From NCBI RefSeq assembly GCF_964194025.1, contig NC_134472.1, positions 868,001 through 932,000 of the forward strand: a stretch of 64,000 nt of DNA, in the 5' to 3' direction. The translations under genes were made by a program, and so were the position numbers. This DNA comes from Convolutriloba macropyga (taxonomy: Eukaryota). Positions 49,401 through 61,900 of this stretch are shown here, piece by piece (position 1 is the stretch's first letter; every line of letters begins with the position of its first letter). The notes below the pieces were generated by a model. It was given only the letters and a program-made list of their open reading frames with translations, did no database searches and had not been told where the DNA came from.

Positions 49401-51199
49401 GGAATACAAAATAAAAACTCGACAAATAACAAAATGAATTTCAAAAAACCTCAGAAAATACAACCCATAAATTAAGAATCCAGCCCCCTTCCCCCAAAAA
49501 CTTGTATCAAAATCTCGAGACTGTTAGCATTCAATAGAACTATTATATTATTCCAATGAAAATCAAAACTTCAATTAAAACCCTCCTCGAGATTAATCTA
49601 CCTCAAATGCCGACGATCTAGTTTTTAACACAGTATAATAAGGTAAAGACACTGGGGAACCATACCTATAATTTCCATGCAGTACAAAAATTGAATTTAG
49701 TTCTCTCAATTCTAATTGCTAAGCATCTCAAATGCACTACTACTAAAAGACACTGTTTTGCCTTTGACGCCAACTTAGAAAAAACAACACTGCCAGTGCC
49801 GCCATCAATAGCTGAATTGGAACGCTAATCCGTTGGTCTCCAGACGCCTGAACTCACACACCGCAAACTGATCGACGAAAAGGAAAGAAAGCTGCCATTC
49901 CTGCTTTCAAGAAAAAAAATGTATTATGCTCACAACAAAAGGTAAAAGAAACGTTCGTTGTGAAGTCTCTCATACGCAACACTTGCATACAGAAAATGAC
50001 AAGATAAAACCACCAATCTGTGCATTTCTCACATGAAACACGTTACAAAATTGAAACAAAAACATATACTTACTACTTAATGGGATTTCCATGCCACTCC
50101 AAAACACGACTCCGATTCAAAAAAGATTGGAAAATATTTTCTGTATTTTAATAGATTGATCTAAATCCTGATTGAACAAAAAAGCATAAAGAAAAAAAGC
50201 ACGGCACGGTTGAGTAATTGATTGTAAAATTAAATCTTAAAAAATTCAGTGCAATTATTCATATCCGGCATTTCTAATTTTCCAATCTTTGCAAAATACC
50301 GGACGTTTGCGAGCCTAAACATTTAGAAATTAGTTGGAAAAGGAAACACAAAGCCCGCCCTTGAAACTTTAACGTTAGGAGGAGACCTCTTACTAGAACC
50401 AACCTACAAGGAGTCCCCATAACGGGCAACACTCAAGAATTCGCTAATCTGGGTAAAAATTATCTTGCGTTTAAGTGAGAAAATCATTTTTGAGAGTGAC
50501 GGGTGACCAAAACTTTATGACGCGAATGAACAAAAAACTGGCTCCTCAAAGTAAATCAAAAAGGCGTCACACATGCACATCAAATGAAATTACATCAACG
50601 GATGAACAAAAAGAACATTTGAAGTTGTTACGACGTCATTTGATTGTAACGAAAATCTTTAATGCGAAATGAAAAACCAAGAGAAGGCCAAAGATAGAAC
50701 AAGCTATCGCTGTGCGGCTATTAATAAAAATCACTAATACAGAAGTCAAACTGAGTCACGTGAACGAGTCTCGAAAGCCCAAATTCAAATACTGTTTACT
50801 GACTCCACTTTCGAAGCAAAGATTTAACCCCCTAAAACTACTCGCCTTTTGCTTCTTTTACTGCTCTAATGTGACTGAAATCTAATAAATTTATTTTTTT
50901 TGGACAAGTTATCAAAAATGTGAACAGATCTTTAAAAGACAGCACCCCAAAACACTTCAAAATCTTTGAATGTGATGCATTCTTCGAATGGCACAATTCA
51001 CGCTTAATTCTCGGGTTTATTACAGACAGCTATTAAGTGAAATCAATTCGCATTGCGTGGCAAGATAGTAATCAGAACTTCTGCAAATCATCAGACTCGC
51101 AAAAAGAAGGAGGGCACCGTAAAACATTTTTGATGATTATTGAGTACGAAGCATAGAATATAAATCATCACTAATTTTAGCTTTCACAGCTTATTACAC

Positions 51200-52520
51200 C
51201 TTTTAAGGATGACAACTTGATAGTTCTTATGACACAGAATGCATTAAAAAAAACAAAACTAAAAGTCTCCATTCAAAACGGAATACAAACGAGTTCCAGT
51301 CACTTCTATGACAACAGTTTCTTCCTACAACTTATTGAACAACATCACCGACTAACGTCGAGGACATTGCTACCAATCGCCCGGAAAGCGGTCAACATCG
51401 GCATTGACTGGCTAGTGTAGAGGTAAGCCTCAACGGAGGGAAAAGCGAGTGACCCAAAATCATCCCATTCCACCATGACTTTTAGCAGTTTCGGTTAATA
51501 TTACAATTAGAGCTCTAAGGGAGCTGCTGAGGGGCTTTTTGCCCTTCGGGATTGGAATCTCCTCACGGACTTGCGTTCCGTATTATATAGATAGAAACAG
51601 ATACAGATAAGTTGAAAAAATTATCGATACTGCCCAAAAAGCTATGCATAAAACTTTCGACCATAAATTGATACAACTTGCTAAAACTTAGTACGCAGAA
51701 CTCTTTCAAATAGGGACCTTTAATACATATACAAGTTCTTTGCTCTTCAACTAATGCAAATTGGACTAAAGATTTGAAGTCCAAAGTTCATTTTATTGAG
51801 TAAGGTAAACAAAACTAATCAAGAAAATCATCTAAAAACTTGTAAATATATTGTACATGTTCCGTAACATCTGACGAGCCAGGGACGTCCTTCTCTCTCT
51901 TCAATGCCCATTCTAAAGCGGCTTCCTTGCCTTCGTCAGTCAAAATTGTCTCTTTTCGTATCGAGCCGGTGACCTAAATGAATTAGATGTCATTTGGGCA
52001 ACTCTCGCATTTCGTAAATTATGTGCTTTCCAGTCAGTAAATAAGGAGACTCTGTCTGCCATGGATGAAATAGCATGAGCACGGAGTGATGACTGACATA
52101 AGAGTCTAGACATATTTGATATATAGAACAAATATTACTAGGTAGCTCACTAGCTTTAGGACCACGTTTAATTAACTCCATGGAATTCCGGGTTATTCCT
52201 ACAACTTTATCCAATGCAAAGGACGGGTAGCTCCCACAAGAGGGCAAAAGATTCTCAACTACTTTCTTTATATAGTATCACTCCCACCTATTTCTCTATG
52301 TGGCCGCGCCAAACAAGAACCTAACTTAATCATTACACTCTCCTGTTACAATCTAAAATGGAGGAGGGTACTTCCCCCATATTGAATTCCTTCAATATTA
52401 AATATCCAGACGCCTGAGCAATGCAAACATTCAAAGGCTGATAGCTTAGTATTTAAGCAAAATTCGTCTCGATAGGATGAAATATGATCAAAAAACTTTT
52501 CTCAACCTGCTTTACATCAG
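51200..52520 (-). pseudogene. Decayed orphan ORF Y (antisense to the env-like gene); best-preserved copy
   Basis: Minus-strand fragments 51990-52247 and 51563-51784, with homologous fragments 46563-46913, 48461-48706, 44407-44628 and 55310-55531, tile into a single protein-like sequence of roughly 400 aa. Confidence 0.5.
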
Positions 52521-55500
52521 TCCGCGCTTTCGAATATCTAATGGAAACTCAGGCCAATCGTTTTTACCAACTATTGATACCCTCTACTCACCAACTAACT
52601 TAGCCCTAGACTGATGCCCACTCTTTATTCCACGATCTTCCACCCACGGAACTTCTTTCTAGCAAAGATCTATTAACCAATCCCTCTCTGGCTAATCCTG
52701 CTTAAATTTAATTATAACACCCAGTATGTCGTTTCCGTCGGATACGCCTAAAGAAGGCCATATTCAAACTTTTGCCGAAAAAAACAAAGTCCCTAAAACC
52801 ATAAACAAATCAATACTTTCGGGTTGTGTTGATAGAAGAGTTGACATCTTTAACCCAGGAAACTGTCTCGCCATAACACGTCCCTGGAATACTAAATAAA
52901 AACTCGACAAATAACAAAACCAACAATTTAAAAAAACCTCAGAAAAAACAACCCATAAAGGAGGAATCTAGCCCCCTTCCCCCACAAATTTGTATCAAAA
53001 TCTCGTGACTATTAGCATTCAATAGAATTATTATATATTCAAAAGAAAATCAAAACTGCCATTAATAACCCTCCTCGCCAATAATCTACCTCAATTGACG
53101 ACAATCCACTTTTTAACACACAGTATAATAAGGTAAAGACATTGGGGAACCACATCTACAGTTTCCATGCGGTACAAAAATTGAATTTAGTTCACTCAAA
53201 TCTAATTGCTAAAAATCTCAAAGGCAATACTACTAAATGACACTGTTTTGCCTTTGACGCCAACTTAGAAAGAACAACACTGCCAGTGCCGCTATCAATA
53301 GCTGAATTGGAACGCTAATCCGTTGGACTCCAGACGCCTGAACTCACACACAGCAAACTGATTGACGAAAAGGAAAGAAGACTGTCATTCGTGCCTTCAA
53401 GAAAGAAAATGTGTTATGCTAAAAACAAGTGGCAAAAGAATCGTTCACTGTGAACTCTTTCAAATGCAATACTTGCATACAGAAAAAGACAAAATAAAGC
53501 CGCAAATCTGTGCATTTCTCACCTGAAATTAATTACAAAATTGAATCAAAAACATGGACTTACTACTTAATGGGATTTCCAAGCCACTCCAAAACATGAC
53601 TCCGATTCAAAAGGGGTTGGAAAAAATTTCCTGTATATCAATAGAATGAACTGAATTCTGATTGAACAAAAAAGCATAAATAAGAAAAGCACGGCACGGT
53701 TGATTCATTGATTGTAAAATTAGATCTTAACAAACTCAATGCAATTATTCAACCCCAGAATTTCTGATTTTCCCATCTTTGCAAAATACCGGACGTTTGC
53801 GAGCCTTAACATTTAGAAATTAGTTGGAAAAGGAAACACAAAGCCCGCCCTTGAAACTTTAACGTTAGGAGGAGACTTCTTACTGGAACCACCCTACAGA
53901 GAGTCCCCATAACGGGCAACACTCAAGAATTCAATAATTTTGGTAAAAATTATCTAGCGTTTAAGAGAGGAAATAAATTTTGAGAGTGACGTGTGACCAA
54001 AAACTTAATGACGCGAATGAACAAAAAACTGGCGTCTCAGAGTAAATAAAAAGGCGTCACACACGCACATCAATTGAACTTGTATCATTAGATGAACAAG
54101 ATTTGAAGTGGTTATGACGTCATTTGATTGTAACGAAAATCTTGACAGCGAAATAAAAAACCAAAAGAACGCCACAAATAGAACAGGCTATCACTGTGCG
54201 GCTATTAATAAAAATCACTAATACAGAATTCAAACTGAGGCACATGAAAGAATCTCAAAAGCCAAAATTCAATTACTTTTTTCTGACTCCACTTTCGAAG
54301 CAATGATAAAACCCCTTAAAACATCTAGCTTTTCGCTCCTTTTACTGCTCTAATGTGACTGAAATCTCTCGCATAAATCTATTTTTTCTGACAAGTTAAC
54401 AAAAATGTGAACAGATCTTCAAAATACAGCACCCCAAAACAAATCAAAATCTTTGAATGTGATGCATTCTTCGAACGGCACAATTCACGCTTAATTCTCG
54501 GGTTTATTACAGACAGCTATTAAGTAAAATCAATTTGCATTGCGTGGCAAGATAGTAATCAGAACTTCTGCAAATTATCAGACTCGCGCAAAAAGAAGGA
54601 GGGCACCGTAAAACATTTTTGATGATTATAGAGTACGAAGCATAGAATATAAATCATCACTAATTTTAGCTTTCACAAACTATTACAATTTTAAGGGTGA
54701 CAGCTTTATAGTTATGGGGTTCTATGATACAGAATGCTTTCAAAAGTACAAAACTAAAAGTCTCCGTCAAAACGGAATACAAACGAATTCGAGTTACTTC
54801 TATGACAACAGTTTCGTACTACAACTTATTGAACAACACCGACTAATCTGAGAACATTGCTACCAATCGACCGGCAAGCGGTCTACTTCAGCCTAGACTG
54901 GCTAGCATAGAGGTATGTCTCAACGGCGGAAAAAGCGAGTGACCCCATGCCTTCACACCGTGACGTTTAGCAGCTTCGGTGAAAAATACACTTAGAGCTC
55001 TAAGACAGCGGCTGAATGACTAGTAAAATTTTGCCCTCCGGGAATTGAATCTTTTCGCGGACTTGCGTTCCGTATTAAATAGGTAGAAACAGGTACAGAC
55101 AAAATGAAAAAATTATCGATACCGCTCAAAAGCTATGCATAAAACTTTCGGCCATAAAATAATACAGCTTGCTAATATTTATAACGGGGAATTCTTTTTA
55201 ATAGGAACCTTTATTACACATACGAATTCTTTGTTTTTCAACTAATGCAAATTAAATTAAGGCTTTGGAGTGCAAAGTTCATTTTATTGAGTAAGGTGAA
55301 CAAAATTGATCAAGCTTTGTAAATGTATTGTACATGTTCCGTAACATCTGACGAGCCATTGACGTCCTTCTCTCTCTCCAATGCCCATTCTAATGCAGCT
55401 TCCTTGCCTTCGTCATTCAAAATTGTCTCAACCCAAACGAGCCCCTGACCCAAATGAAAAAAACGTCGTTTGGGAAACTCTCGCATTACTTTGTTAATTA

Positions 55501-58500
55501 CCGAAAAGAAAAACGAGAAGGACACGGGCAATTGTTTTACGATTATCCTACATTAAAACCGGGTGAGATGGATTGACAAAAAACTATTTTTTTCCCTATG
55601 AATTTATTATTCATTTATTATGCGCCTGAATTTTTATCAACTTACTAATGATCAACCATTTTTGTACTCAAATTCAGGATAATAACTCCGAGTAATCGTC
55701 ACGAGGTCAGGCAATTACTGCCCTCCCATTAGGTGGCATACAAATTCAGAACCATTCACTAAATATTTTCAATCAACACCCCAAAACGATCACAACCAGA
55801 TTTGTACACCTCTCATGCATTTCATTACTTTATATTTTACGAAAAAGAGAAAAAGGACACGGGGAAATTATTTTACGATTATTCTACATTCAGCCGGTTG
55901 ACTCTGATTGCCGAAAAGCCATTTGTTTTCTTAAAAAATTATGCGCCTGAACATATATCAAACTATAATGTTCAACCAACTTTGTACTCATACTTCACAA
56001 TCTCAACTCTGAATAACAACCTCCAAATGACAGGGCAACCAATTTAATCAATATTCAGACCTGTCGTAGCTCAAAAGTTGAAAACTAAAACTCACGTTAA
56101 AGCTCTGAAGGATACCTTGGAGGCAGGAAAGTATACACAATTGAATCTTCTTTGACCATTGACGCAGTTCCCGTTTCATCCGACTTCTTAGACCTACGCA
56201 CACCCCAACCTTTTTCTCAAACGGTCTCTTGTCTTTGTAAATTTATTCCCTACTAGATTGTAAATGTTCTGTAACATCTGTTCCGTAACGTTCTAAAGCG
56301 GCTTCCTTGCCTCCATCATTCCAAATTGTCTCAACCCAAACGAATCCTTGACCCAAATGAAACAAATGTCTTTTGGACAACTCTCGCAATTGTGCTTTGC
56401 AGTCAGTAAATAAGGAGACTACGGCTTTAAATAGGGACCTTAATTACAGATACGAGTTTTTTGACCGTCAACTAATGCAAACTAGACTAAAATTTGGAAG
56501 TGCAAAGTTCATTTTATTGAGTAAGTTAAACAGAATTGAACAGGCAAATCATCTAAATACTTGTAAATGTATTGTATCTGTTCCGTAACATCTGACAAGC
56601 CAGGGGCGTCTTTTTCTCTCTTCAATGCCTTTTTTAAAGCGGCTTCCTTTCCTTCGTCGTTCAAAATTGTCTCAATTCATATCGAGCCCGTGACCTAAAT
56701 GAAGTAAATGTCATTTGGGCAACTCTCGAATTTCTTAAATTATGTGCTTTCCAGTCAGTAAATAAGGAGACTCCGGCTGCCATAGTTGAAACAGCTTGAG
56801 CACGGAGTAATGACTGATATAAGAGCCTAGACCTAATTGGTATATAGAACAAATTTCACTAGGTAGCTCACTTTCGGACCACGTTTAATTAACTCCATGA
56901 AATTCTGGGTTGTTCCTACAACTTTATCCAATGCAATGGACGTGTAAATCCCACAAGAGAGAAAAAACTTTCTACAATTGTTTTTGATACAGTATCACTC
57001 TCACCTATTTCTCTAGGTGGTAGTTTCCACCAAAAACCTAACTGAATCATTACACTCTACTGTTACAATCTAAAATGGATGGAACTTCTCCATAAAAAAC
57101 TTCTTCAATATTAAATATCCAGTCATCCTAGCAATACAAAATTCATAGGCTGATACCTTAGCATATAAGAAAGATTCGTCTCGATAGGCTGGCATATGAT
57201 CAAAAAAACTTTCAACCTGCTTTACATCAGTCGGCGCTTTCGAATATCTAATGGCAACTTAGGCCAATCGTTTTTACCAACTATTGATACCCTCCGTCCT
57301 CCAAATAACTTAGCCCTCATGTGATGCCACTCTTCATTTCGCAACTTTCCACCCATGGAACTTCTTTCTACCAAAGTTCTATTAACCAATCTCTCTCTAG
57401 GTAATCCTGATTAAATTTAATTATAACACCCAGCATGTCACGTCTCTGCCGGGTACACCAGAGAAGGCCATATTAAAGGTTTTGCAAAAAACAAAATCTT
57501 TAAAATCAGAAACAAACCGATATTTTGGGTTGTGTTGATAGAATATTTGACATCTTTAACCCAGTAAACTGTCTCGCCATAACACTTCCCTGGAAAATTA
57601 ATTTGCATGCAGTAAAAAAATTGAAGTTAATTCACTCAAATCTTATTGCTAAAAATCTCAAATGCAATACTACTAAAAGGCACTATTTTGCCTTTGAGGC
57701 CAACTTAAAAAAAAAACAACACTGCCAGTGCCGCTGTCAATAGCTGAGTTGGAACGCTAATCTGTTGGGCTCCAGATTCTCAACTCACACACAGCAAACT
57801 GATCGACGAAAAGGAAAAAACTGCCATTGCTGCATTCAAGAAAGAAAATGTAATATGCTCACAAATGGCAAAAAAATCGTTCGTTGTGAACTCTCTCATA
57901 CGCAACACTTGCAAACAGAAAATGACAAAATAAAGCCACAAATCTGTGCATTTCTCACCTGAAATTAATTACAAAATTGAATCAAAAACATAGAATTACT
58001 ACTCAATTGGGTTTCCATGCCACTCCAAACCATGAATCCGATGCACTTAAATGGAAAATCTTTCCTGTCTATCAATAGAATGAACTGAAATCTGATTGAA
58101 CAAAAAAGCATATATATGAAAAGCACGGCACGGTTTATTCATTGATTGCAAAATTAGTTTTTGCGAAACTTAGAGCAATTATTTACACTCATAACTTCTA
58201 AATTGCCCCATCTTTGCAGAAAACAGGACGTTCGAGCTAAAACGAGCTCATACACATAATTTGGAAAAAGAAACACAAAGCCCGCCCTTGAAACTTCAAC
58301 GTTAGGAGAAATTCACCTACCAGAACCGCTCTACAGAGAGCCACCATAACGGACAACAGTCAAAAATTCACTAATATTAGAAAAAGAACATAGTGTTTAA
58401 GGGAGGAAGTCATTTTTGAGAGTGACGTGTGACCATAACTTATTCAACCCAGTGAGCCAAAAAACGGCTTCACTCAGAGTGAAAAAATGACGTTACGCAC

Positions 58501-58929
58501 GCACATCATTGAAACTGTTTGTATGAACGAATGAACAAAAAAGAAGACTTGAACTGGTTCTGACGTCATTTGGTCGTAACGGGAATCTTGACGACAAAAC
58601 AAAAAACCAAAAGAAGGCTATCGCTGTACGGCTAAAAATAAAAATCAGTAAAACAGGAGTCAAACTGTGTCCGAAACTCAAATACAGTTTTCTGCCTCCA
58701 CTTTCGAAGCAAAGTTTCAACCCCTTAAAACTACTCATTTTTCGCTCCTTTAACTGCTCTAATTTGACTGAAATCTCTCCTATAATTTTATTTTCATTGA
58801 AAAGTCCACAAAAAACGTGAACATCTCTTCAAAAGACAGCACTCCAATACAATTCGAAGTCCTTGAATGGTATGAATTCTTCGAATGGTACAATTCAAGC
58901 TTATTGTTTGAGCTTATTGTCCGAGCATA

Positions 58930-61900
58930 GTGGTTCTAATAGTAGTTTTCCTACTAATTTTTAGGTCCCAAGTACGTTTTTTGTGTTTCTTTTACCAAAT
59001 TTTTTCTAAGTGTTTAGTATCGTAGGCGTCATGTATTCGGATAATAAAAGAATTTCTTACAAGTTCTGAGAATAAAGAGTTGCACTGAGTTTCGCGAGAA
59101 TGCATTTGAAAAAGAACGAATAAAACTCGCGAAGCATTTCTTTTCATACTTTTTTTTTACATTTTCGACCAATCAGAATTGAGTTCGTTCTATTGATATA
59201 TAGGAAATATTTTACGATTTTTGCCCGATATTGCGGCTACCTAGAAAAGCGTTTACCATGGGTTGGAAAACCCTTTAACATGTGAGTTCGAGTTCTGGTT
59301 TTCAGTTGTGTCAAGTTTTTCAGTGGTGAAATGTTGAGTTTCGTTGCTTTGTTGTGCGTGCCGGTATGTACAAGTGTTGCTTGTGAAAGAGTTCATAAGA
59401 ATGAGTCTGTTGTGATTTGATGCCAACGAAATACAACTTTTATTGTTGAGGGCCGCAACGTCAGTTTTAAGGCTTATCGTCACTCTCTTTGTGGTGTGTG
59501 GGTGGAGGCATCAGGTGCCCCAGGGATAAGATTCACAATTATCCCCATAGTAATTGCGTTGGTAGTTGGAGTTCTAAAGTGCTGGAAGAGAATACCCCGG
59601 CAGATTGCATTAGCGAGAGCAGTAGTAGTAGTGAAGACTAGAAGCTGAGTTAATGGAACTTTTCCTCAAGCCTTTTGAATAGTATCAAATAATTTGATTC
59701 CCAAGTGTTTTTTTTTAGGTTTGGTGGGAGCGGAAAAATGACTGATCGAAATTGGGGCAATTTTAATGAGAACGTTGATTGTAAATCAACGATTTGAATT
59801 TCATTTGAAAATATACTAATTCGATTGACTGATAACGGTCACGAGTTTTTGATACTTATTGTTGGGCGGGTGTAGATTCGTCCTATTTTGGATTGTTCAC
59901 TGGACTTTATTTGGAAGTTTTCTGGTTTTGTTATTTGTCGATTTTATCATTAATTCAGAGAAGTGTTATGGCTCGACAGTTTACTAGGTTAAAGGTGTCA
60001 AATATTTTATCGACACATCCAGAAAGGTTCGTTTTTTATAGTTTTAAATTTTTTCTTTTTGTAAAACTTTTAATATGGCGTTGCTTAGGCGTACCCGTTA
60101 AAACAGTGATCTATTGGGGGATATAAATAGGTCTCAGGAGGAGTATCTAAAGAGGGGTAAGTTTATAGAACTTGGGTGGAAAGAAGTTTCATAGGTTTAC
60201 GGTTTTGGGAAGAAGAGTTGGCATCAGTTAAGGGCTAAGTTAGTTGAAAAGGGGGAGTCACTAGTGGGTGAAAACGGTTGGCCGAATTTGCCGTTACCGA
60301 TTCGAATTGAAGAAACAGTCGGGTAAACGGAAAACTTTTGCAGAGAAGTGGAAGCGCTTGCTGATATAAATTAAGTTGAAATTCATGAATTTAAGCTAAG
60401 ATATCAGCCTATGAATATTTGTATGCTTCACGCGACTGGATATTTAATAATGAAGGAATTTTAAATGAAGAAATTTCCTTCATTTTAGATGGTAATAAGA
60501 GAGATGTAATATTTCAGTTAGGTTCCTGGTGCACAGGATCACATGTAGAATAAGGTGGGAGTGGTAGTATATCAAAAACAACTGTAGGAAAACTTTTTCT
60601 CTCTTGTGGGAACAACACGTCCATTGCATTTGATATAGTTTTAGTAACAGCCCAGAATTTCATGGAGTTCGTTGAACGTGGTCCTAACGATAGTGATCTA
60701 CCGATTGCTATTTGGTTCTATATATCAAAAAAGTCTAGTGTTTTATGTCAGCCATCACTCATGATTGAAGAGTTGCCCAAAGGACATTTAATTCATTTGG
60801 GTGAGGGGCTTGAAAAAGAGTTGCTGAGAAAATTTTGAAAGACAAAGGCAAGGAAGCCGCTTTAGAATGGGCATTAAGGAGAGCTGCTGACGTCGGTGGC
60901 TCCCCAATGTTACGGAAAATATACAATCTTCATTTAAAAAAGGAATTTACTATGACTAAGAGACCATATAAGAAAAGAATTAAGTGAGAAAGGCGTGTGT
61001 AAGTCTAAGGAACAGAGTGAAACGAGAACTGTGGGTGAGAAGCAAGAAGACACATTGTGTACAATTTCCTGCCTCCAAAGGATCCTTCCAAGCTTTTCTA
61101 TGTTTTAATTTTTATTATTTCGTTTAGGGCAGGTCTGAATGTTGAGGTGAAAGTAATTGCCCGACCTTTTAGAAATTGTTATTCAGAGTTCAGATTGTGA
61201 TTTATGTGTACATATATGGTTGAACAATAGTGGTTTGATACAAGTTCAGGCGCATAATAGTTTTTTTTCGAAAACGATTCGATCTTTTCATCAATTCGAA
61301 TTACCCGGTTTGATGTAGGATATTCGTAAAAATTACTTGCCACGTGTCTTTTCCACGTGAATAAAGTAATAACGTGCATAGGAGGTGTACAACTCTTCAT
61401 TTGGTGGTTTTTGAGGTGTTGGGGAAAAGTATTTGTTAGAAAATTTCAAATTGTATTTTTGTGAAGAATGTAAAATAGGTGAATATTGAATACAAAATAA
61501 CTGCTCATACTATATTTTTCCTTGTGAAGAGAAGCAGTGCTTCTTTTTTGTCTTTTTTTAGTTTCTTCTGTTTTAAGTACTAGAGTTTTGTTTAGATTGT
61601 ACGACGGTTTTGCCGTGAGAAAATACAATGCTTTTGTTGTTTACGCGAATGATTACGTCCAAAAGCATTTATTCTCTTTCTTCATTCCTTCGATAGCATT
61701 TTAGTTGGTTTAGAGGGGATATGAAGGAAAATTTTGTGCTTTATTGGGAGTTGTGGTTTTATTCATTGTAGATGTTATATGTCCGTTCTAGGATATGTGA
61801 GATGGGATTTTCCAGAAATCAAGGTATAAGATTGTACTCGTAAAAATTGGGGTGGAGCGTGACAATTTTAGGGTAAATCCGTGCTCTGTAAATTCAACAA

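Larger units (their letters stand above)
43790..58900. repeat. Tandem array of four composite 3.5-4.3 kb units (starts ~43790, 47620, 51100, 54590)
   Basis: AAAGAAGGAGGGCACCGTAAAACA occurs at ~47621, 51102 and 54592. TTCTATGACAACAGTTTC and many other blocks recur once per unit. Repeated peptides appear in the ORF track (MRELPKRHFFHLGQ, FYDNSFFLQL, MELIKRG). Confidence 0.92.
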
